Source: an uncultured virus (IMG/VR IMGVR_UViG_3300042891_001399)
Lineage: Duplodnaviria > Heunggongvirae > Uroviricota > Caudoviricetes
Direction: 5' to 3' (one strand)
DNA: 20,000 nucleotides
Virus record (IMG/VR): IMGVR_UViG_3300042891_001399
The stretch's first letter is position 1. Each line of letters opens with the position of its first letter. This document shows positions 14,933-20,000 of the stretch, in pieces. The translations under genes were made by a program, and so were the position numbers. Under the pieces are notes generated by a model. The model had not been told where the DNA came from, did not search any database, and worked only from the letters and a program-made list of their open reading frames with translations.

Positions 14933-15177
14933 GAGTTGTTTGTATTAAAAAGTTAAATGCGGAGGGTAGTAATGTTAGTAATCTAACAGAGGGTAAACTG
15001 TATAATATTTCCATTTTACCGACACCAGTACCAGAGGGTGATGAAATGGATGAAAACCCAAAAATAAAAAGATGTATAGTTTGGAGTGATGATGTAAATA
15101 GCGAATATATTTATCCGCTTGAAGCTTTTATAAGTTTAGAAGACTGGAGAAATCAAAGACTTGATAATTTATTATAA
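14929..15177 (+). CDS. Hypothetical protein with C-terminal RNQRLDNLL tail
   Basis: 82 aa, ATGA-coupled to the upstream gene. Confidence 0.75.
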   Translation: MRVVCIKKLNAEGSNVSNLTEGKLYNISILPTPVPEGDEMDENPKIKRCIVWSDDVNSEYIYPLEAFISLEDWRNQRLDNLL

Positions 15178-15199
15178 TAAAAGATTGATTTATGTGATT

Positions 15200-15208
15200 T
15201 AATATATA
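15200..15208 (+). promoter_or_regulatory. Putative phage late promoter TAATATATA
   Basis: Exact motif 21 nt before ATG 15230. Confidence 0.65.
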
Positions 15209-15229
15209 CATAAAATTGATAATTATAAT

Positions 15230-16591
15230 ATGCCAACAGTTAATCCAAATACTTTAACAACAACAAGAATACCAAATGCGTATGTAACCGAGGGGAATCC
15301 TTCTAACCCAGGTGGTACTGAAAATGTTTTGAGACCAGTAGATTTCTCAAACAATTATTGTAAAATTGTTATGGGTCCTAAAAAAGGATTTCAATACGAC
15401 GGGCTTCAGTACAATTGGAGAGCTGGTTTAACCCCAATTGATAATGGATATTATAATGATGGTATTAGTCCAGGACACGATCCATCTGCTTTTCCAGCAG
15501 CGCCTTCAAGATATTATGATTCCAATAATCCAAATGGTGTATTTGAATGGTGGGATAATTATGTTATTTATTGCAATAGTGGTGATAGTGAAGGCCCTAA
15601 CGGCATTGACGGCTTAGAAGTATTTGTGGTTGATGATTCAACAGCTCTAATAGATTTAACTAATAAATTACTTAATATATCTACAACTGATGAAGTTGGT
15701 GCTTTATCAGCTATTGCTAATAGTGATCTTTCTACAGAATTTTTATGTACTAATACACACTATCCTAATATACCTTTACATGATTATGTTGGTATTAATG
15801 GTGCAACATATTCATTAAGATTATTACTTGATTTTGGATTTATACCTTCTTATCCAAAAGGCGGAACCTACTCATATGATATATCCAATAAAGATCATCA
15901 TACTATGATACTTACATCAACATCTAATATTATTTATGAGGCTGGAACAACCAGTGGTTTGAATTGCTTAGGTGGTTGTTTGAAATTTGATAATTCAACA
16001 TCTCTTGATTATGGTTACATACCATATGTGTCTGATTTATATCCTCTAAGCACAACTGTTAATACTTGGATTAAAGTTCAATCTACTTCTTTAAACAGAT
16101 GTATAATTGATACAACAAATGGATGGCCTGGATCCGGTCTAGGTACTGGTTATCAGTTATGGATTAATGGTACTCAAGTAACATTAATCGTATTAACATC
16201 AACTAATATTTATACTTGGAGTTCCAATATGGGGGTGATATTAGCGGATACTTGGTATAATATTACTTTTACTATATCACCTAAGTTGGGAAATATTAAT
16301 ACCCATGTTGAGATTATAATAAGTGACTATAAACAATTTTATATTGATGGTAATAGCCGTCAAGAACCTGGTTCCCAAGGCGGAAATACTAACGATTTTG
16401 TTATAGGTGTTAGAAAAACTACACCAGCAACTAATCCTTTTGACTCATATATTAGTTTAGTTTCAGTCTATGAAGGTGCTTTAAATACTAACGATATTGA
16501 AAAACTTTGGGCGGCTTACGCACAGTGTACTCCTAAGCCATTTTTAAGTCCAGGTGCTGGTAGATATGATACTTATTACGAGATCGTGTAA
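15230..16591 (+). CDS. LamG/concanavalin A-like domain protein, putative virion surface or tail-associated protein
   Basis: LLLDFG..SYP..G, GGCLKFD...DYG, TVNTWIK, WYNITFT and PFDSYISLVSVYEGALNTNDIEKLW. N/T/G/S-rich composition. Confidence 0.8.
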   Translation: MPTVNPNTLTTTRIPNAYVTEGNPSNPGGTENVLRPVDFSNNYCKIVMGPKKGFQYDGLQYNWRAGLTPIDNGYYNDGISPGHDPSAFPAAPSRYYDSNNPNGVFEWWDNYVIYCNSGDSEGPNGIDGLEVFVVDDSTALIDLTNKLLNISTTDEVGALSAIANSDLSTEFLCTNTHYPNIPLHDYVGINGATYSLRLLLDFGFIPSYPKGGTYSYDISNKDHHTMILTSTSNIIYEAGTTSGLNCLGGCLKFDNSTSLDYGYIPYVSDLYPLSTTVNTWIKVQSTSLNRCIIDTTNGWPGSGLGTGYQLWINGTQVTLIVLTSTNIYTWSSNMGVILADTWYNITFTISPKLGNINTHVEIIISDYKQFYIDGNSRQEPGSQGGNTNDFVIGVRKTTPATNPFDSYISLVSVYEGALNTNDIEKLWAAYAQCTPKPFLSPGAGRYDTYYEIV

Positions 16592-16657
16592 AAGTAAAAG
16601 CACTTAAAGTGTTGAAAATTTACGCAGAAAAAAAAGCGATTGCACCCCGAGAAAAAA

Positions 16658-16689
16658 TTTGTTTTTATTAAATAACTTTTGTATTTTTG
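16658..16689 (+). promoter_or_regulatory. Complete Bacteroidota sigmaA promoter (TTTG-N20-TATTTTTG)
   Basis: TTTG 16658-16661 and TATTTTTG 16682-16689, with an A-rich leader to ATG 16712. Confidence 0.75.
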
Positions 16690-16711
16690 TATAAAATATA
16701 AAAACTTACAA

Positions 16712-17236
16712 ATGAAAATATTGATTCTTGGAAATGCTCGTCATGGTAAAGACACTTTAGCTGAATTGTTTAATGAACACTTTGGTTTAACCTTTATGTC
16801 TTCTTCTCAAGCTTCTGCTGACTTTTTCTTATACGACCAACTAAAAGATAAGTATGGTTATACTTCACCAGAAGAATGTTTCAATGATAGAGTAAATCAT
16901 CGTGATGAATGGTATTTAGCCATTTGTGATTATAATAAAAACAACCGTGCTCGTTTAGCTCAAGATATTCTTAGTCGCACTGATTGTTATGTTGGTATGC
17001 GAGATAAAGCAGAGTTTGACGAATGTGTTAAACAAAAGCTATTTGATTTAATAATTTGGGTGGATGCTTCTAAAAGATTACCATTAGAACCTGGTACATC
17101 ATTTAATATTAATATGTCAGATGCTGATATTATTGTAGAAAACAATGGAACATTTGAAGAATTTGTAGAAAAATCTAAACGTATCGGTAAGATATTATTT
17201 GGTAATAACTCAGATGTTGTTTGGGCTGGAGTTTAA
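16712..17236 (+). CDS. P-loop nucleotide kinase, dNMP-kinase-like
   Basis: MKILILGNARHGKDT Walker A, YVGMR..AEF and ADIIVENNGT. ATG 16712 preferred because the track start 16679 lies inside the promoter. Confidence 0.75.
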   Translation: MKILILGNARHGKDTLAELFNEHFGLTFMSSSQASADFFLYDQLKDKYGYTSPEECFNDRVNHRDEWYLAICDYNKNNRARLAQDILSRTDCYVGMRDKAEFDECVKQKLFDLIIWVDASKRLPLEPGTSFNINMSDADIIVENNGTFEEFVEKSKRIGKILFGNNSDVVWAGV

Positions 17237-19128
17237 GCGTAGAAAAATAAAATTTGTATTTTACCATTTAATGTTCCAGTAAAAGCGGCTTGAGTATTTG
17301 GTGTTGAGTTTGGTATTAAAAAATCAGCAGAAGAAGGTCCGCCTGTTACTGCTATGTAAATCCAAGAATTTCCGGTGTGATTGCCACCATTAGCAGGCTC
17401 ATAAGGTGCTTGTCCTAAATAAATAATATAGTTAAAATTATCACTATAAGAACCACCCGCTGAACTATTGTTATATGGTCCAAAAAAGTTTTTTTGAAAA
17501 GCATATACATCCATACTGGATTTTACACCAAGTATATTTTGATTACCAGCACCAACCGGTAAACCATAATTCAAATCTGGGTATGTTTGGTAAATACCAC
17601 TTGGATCAAAATAACCAGTCCAATCTTCACAGAATCCATGATTCATAGCTACAAAATCTTCATTTTCTGTACCTGTAAGAAGCTTAGCATAATTAGCAGT
17701 TCTATAAAACGAGTTAGTACCGTAACCACCATCATCAATACAACTAATTGATATTAAACTCTGAGTTCCTAAACCTGGACCAGACCCAACCCAAATTCGT
17801 CCAAAATCTACAGCAACTGCTCTTTTAAGAGAGAATGTTAAGCCGGAAACACGATTTTCCTTGTAATAAATACCGTAGTTTAAATAAACAGGAGTAGGAA
17901 AAGTACTTGAATTAAAACTTCCAGAAGGATTAATGTAGATAAACCAACCTTTAATTACTGGTGGATTCCGAGCTTGTTGATCATCTCCAATAAAAAAATA
18001 ATCAGTTCCAAGCAACCAGTTATAGTCAATATCAAAAACATTAAGATCAGTAACAACTTCAACTTCAACTGGTGCAGAATTTAGATTACTCATATATGTG
18101 GAAAATTCTCCAGATGAACCATTTTGAGCAATTAAAATCACGTCATTAAAATCAGAATAATTAGCAGCATCTCCTTTAATAAAAGAGAGATTTCCACTAG
18201 TTACGTCAAGTTGCCATACATCACCTGAAGTAGAACCACCGGCTACAATTAATAAGTAATCACGCCCACTTGTGTATGATTGTGGTGCTCCCCATTTTGA
18301 TAAGTAGAAAATATCATGTTTACCACTATATGGAAATTCCAGGTATGGATTAGTACCATTTACAGATGTTAAATTATAATTCCATACACTGGATATAGAA
18401 TTACCACTCAAATCCCAACGAAATAACTCATAATATGTATTGGTACCATCCCATGCAAAAAATGCAATTAGTGGATTAACACCACCACCTGCACCACTAA
18501 CATTATCAGTAGTAAACCCAGGACTTGTAAATACTCTACAATTTTGTGTTGGGCATGGGGAACCAGAAGTTACTGATACATTAGCAGTTGCCATAAAATA
18601 AGGATCAGAGCTTGAGACATCAATTCTATAAATATTAATTGTATTTCTATTTGGAGCAGGGTCAAATCCGGCTTCAACCCAAGCACCATCTCTCTCATTA
18701 TTATAAAGTGTATTATCTCTTATATCACCTAACGCCGATGGATAACAAGTTTGGTCCCAGTCTCTTATGTGAGCCTGATTTACTTTAGGAACAGGCTTAC
18801 CTACAAAAGTATTAGATAAATAAGCAGCTTGTTGGTCATTAGGAGCTGTAGTTGTAAATTTAGTAGAATAATGTTCAGGGGAACTACCATTACCTTCGTT
18901 ATTTAATTTATAGTTTTCTTCAGTAGAAAGAACGTCATAAGTAGTATATGTTTCTGATATATACTCTGCTAAACTTGATGTAAATCCTCCATAAAAAGGC
19001 GAACCATCACCCATTCTAATACTAGAAGTAGCAATTCCAATACTATAAGTTCCAATAGACGAAGTACCCCATGCTTGGTTTATTGCATAAGCTCGTTGAT
19101 AAAAATCAAATTTATTATATGATGGCAT
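17233..19128 (-). CDS. Putative virion structural or adhesin-like protein
   Basis: 631 aa, G/S/N/T/aromatic-rich and Lys-poor, beta-rich appearance. Late-type motif 22 nt upstream. No family recognised. Confidence 0.65.
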   Translation of the reverse strand: MPSYNKFDFYQRAYAINQAWGTSSIGTYSIGIATSSIRMGDGSPFYGGFTSSLAEYISETYTTYDVLSTEENYKLNNEGNGSSPEHYSTKFTTTAPNDQQAAYLSNTFVGKPVPKVNQAHIRDWDQTCYPSALGDIRDNTLYNNERDGAWVEAGFDPAPNRNTINIYRIDVSSSDPYFMATANVSVTSGSPCPTQNCRVFTSPGFTTDNVSGAGGGVNPLIAFFAWDGTNTYYELFRWDLSGNSISSVWNYNLTSVNGTNPYLEFPYSGKHDIFYLSKWGAPQSYTSGRDYLLIVAGGSTSGDVWQLDVTSGNLSFIKGDAANYSDFNDVILIAQNGSSGEFSTYMSNLNSAPVEVEVVTDLNVFDIDYNWLLGTDYFFIGDDQQARNPPVIKGWFIYINPSGSFNSSTFPTPVYLNYGIYYKENRVSGLTFSLKRAVAVDFGRIWVGSGPGLGTQSLISISCIDDGGYGTNSFYRTANYAKLLTGTENEDFVAMNHGFCEDWTGYFDPSGIYQTYPDLNYGLPVGAGNQNILGVKSSMDVYAFQKNFFGPYNNSSAGGSYSDNFNYIIYLGQAPYEPANGGNHTGNSWIYIAVTGGPSSADFLIPNSTPNTQAAFTGTLNGKIQILFFYA

Positions 19129-19150
19129 TAATAATAATTATTTTGTCCTG

Positions 19151-19159
19151 TATATATTA
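19151..19159 (-). promoter_or_regulatory. Putative phage late promoter TAATATATA
   Basis: Exact motif 22 nt before ATG 19128. Confidence 0.65.
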
Positions 19160-19208
19160 ATATATCTATTATCTTTTAAACTTTTTAGTTAATATTTAAT
19201 ATCAGTAG

Positions 19209-19216
19209 TATATTTG
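19209..19216 (+). promoter_or_regulatory. Bacteroidota sigmaA-type -7 element TATATTTG
   Basis: TAnnTTTG 42 nt upstream of ATG 19259. Confidence 0.5.
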
Positions 19217-19258
19217 TTTATATCATAAAAAATTGATATACCTATTAATTTATAATTA

Positions 19259-19726
19259 ATGACAAAAAAGAAAGAAAAAACGGAACCTGTTCAACAAACT
19301 GAAACCGAAGTAAAAACTGAAGTAGTAGTAGAAACAGTGTTAGCAGAAACTTCTAAAGAAGAACCTGTTAAAAAAGAACAGGTAGAACCTGTTAAAAAGA
19401 AAGATAATAAACCTTCAATCTCTGATATTGAAGTGGCTAAGAAACTTGTCAATATTCATTCGTCTGCACAAAATAGAAATCTTGAATTTAATCTAACATT
19501 TGAATGTGTTAAAAAACTCCTAGAATACACAACTTGTTATTATACAAATGTTCAATTCACAGAGGATGGTCCTAACGCTAGATCTTTTGATAGAGTAGAT
19601 AATGAGAAGGGATATGTAGTTGGTAACGTTGTAGCTTGTACCGTAGATATTAACGGCAAGAAAAACAATTTAAGTATTGACGAGATTGTTTGCCTTTATA
19701 AGAAGTTAGCTTACTTGAAAAAGTAA
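19259..19726 (+). CDS. T4 Srd-like / HNH-related protein with a low-complexity E/K/V/P N-terminus
   Basis: SAQNRNLEFNLTF..VKKLL...CYYT...F...SFDRVDNEKGYVVGNVV recalls the T4 Srd N-terminal pattern (from memory) and the His-Me-like SxDRxD..GY..GNV family. Confidence 0.6.
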   Translation: MTKKKEKTEPVQQTETEVKTEVVVETVLAETSKEEPVKKEQVEPVKKKDNKPSISDIEVAKKLVNIHSSAQNRNLEFNLTFECVKKLLEYTTCYYTNVQFTEDGPNARSFDRVDNEKGYVVGNVVACTVDINGKKNNLSIDEIVCLYKKLAYLKK

Positions 19727-19727
19727 T

Positions 19728-20000
19728 TTACTTTTGTATTAACATTTGATAAACAGACATGCTTTTACCATTCTCACCTTCTCTTTCCCAAGTGCCAAAT
19801 CCAGTAGCATAACCTTTTGAACTGGTATATTCTTTAATCCTTTCAAATGCTGAATCAATATCATATTTATTATCTGAACATAGTAATGAATCACCTTGAA
19901 CCTCAGCCATTATCTTGGGTGTCTTTTCTCTATAAACTAAAGTCATTGGTGTATAACCAACCGTTATGAATAAACCAATATCTTGTAACTCTAATAACAT
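19728..20000 (-). CDS. Partial ORF (5' end beyond window), member of the repeated domain family
   Basis: MLLELQDIGL ... IDSAFERIKEYTSSKGY match both family motifs. Confidence 0.8.
   Translation of the reverse strand: MLLELQDIGLFITVGYTPMTLVYREKTPKIMAEVQGDSLLCSDNKYDIDSAFERIKEYTSSKGYATGFGTWEREGENGKSMSVYQMLIQK

Noticed and set aside
1..20000. Stop-codon reassignment as in some large Bacteroidota phages
   Set aside because: Genes are intact and tightly packed under the standard code, and TAG, TGA and TAA all occur as plausible stops.
1..20000. CRISPR array, tRNA, rRNA, IS element, or diversity-generating retroelement behind the paralog family
   Set aside because: No regular repeat-spacer pattern, cloverleaf, transposase or reverse transcriptase was seen, no near-identical TR/VR pair was found, and intergenic gaps are short.

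Overview
AT-rich, densely packed window that reads as an accessory region of a large lytic dsDNA phage, probably T4-like or jumbo, translated with the standard code. The likely host is a Bacteroidota bacterium: TTTG-N19/20-TAnnTTTG promoters are present and no clear Shine-Dalgarno sites were seen. Recognisable products are a secreted DNase I-like EEP nuclease, a miniature PolB-like protein, a pterin-4a-carbinolamine dehydratase, a GNAT acetyltransferase, a GT-A glycosyltransferase, an MmcB-like nuclease, three HAD phosphatases, an ATP-grasp protein, a LamG protein, a dNMP-kinase-like protein and an Srd-like protein. The main result is an apparent two-class peptide addressing scheme that tracks with two promoter classes. 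(1) Ten ORFs begin with an MK(Y/H/K)LK..(F/Y)..(F/I/L)xE(S) leader resembling the T4 capsid-targeting sequence and prohead-protease site. All ten lie directly behind, or are coupled behind, a TAATATATA motif placed 4-5 nt before an ATG. Five of them, plus a truncated ORF at the window end, carry nine diverged copies of one unknown ~120-aa domain, including 2- and 3-domain polyproteins joined by I-x-E-S linkers. (2) Five other ORFs, all in host-sigma-type units and including the mini-PolB, end in a shared R-x-x-(K/R)-L-x-x-L-G-(I/L) tail. Three unlisted micro-ORFs with their own promoters were also found. All family calls come from motif recognition only; no searches were run.
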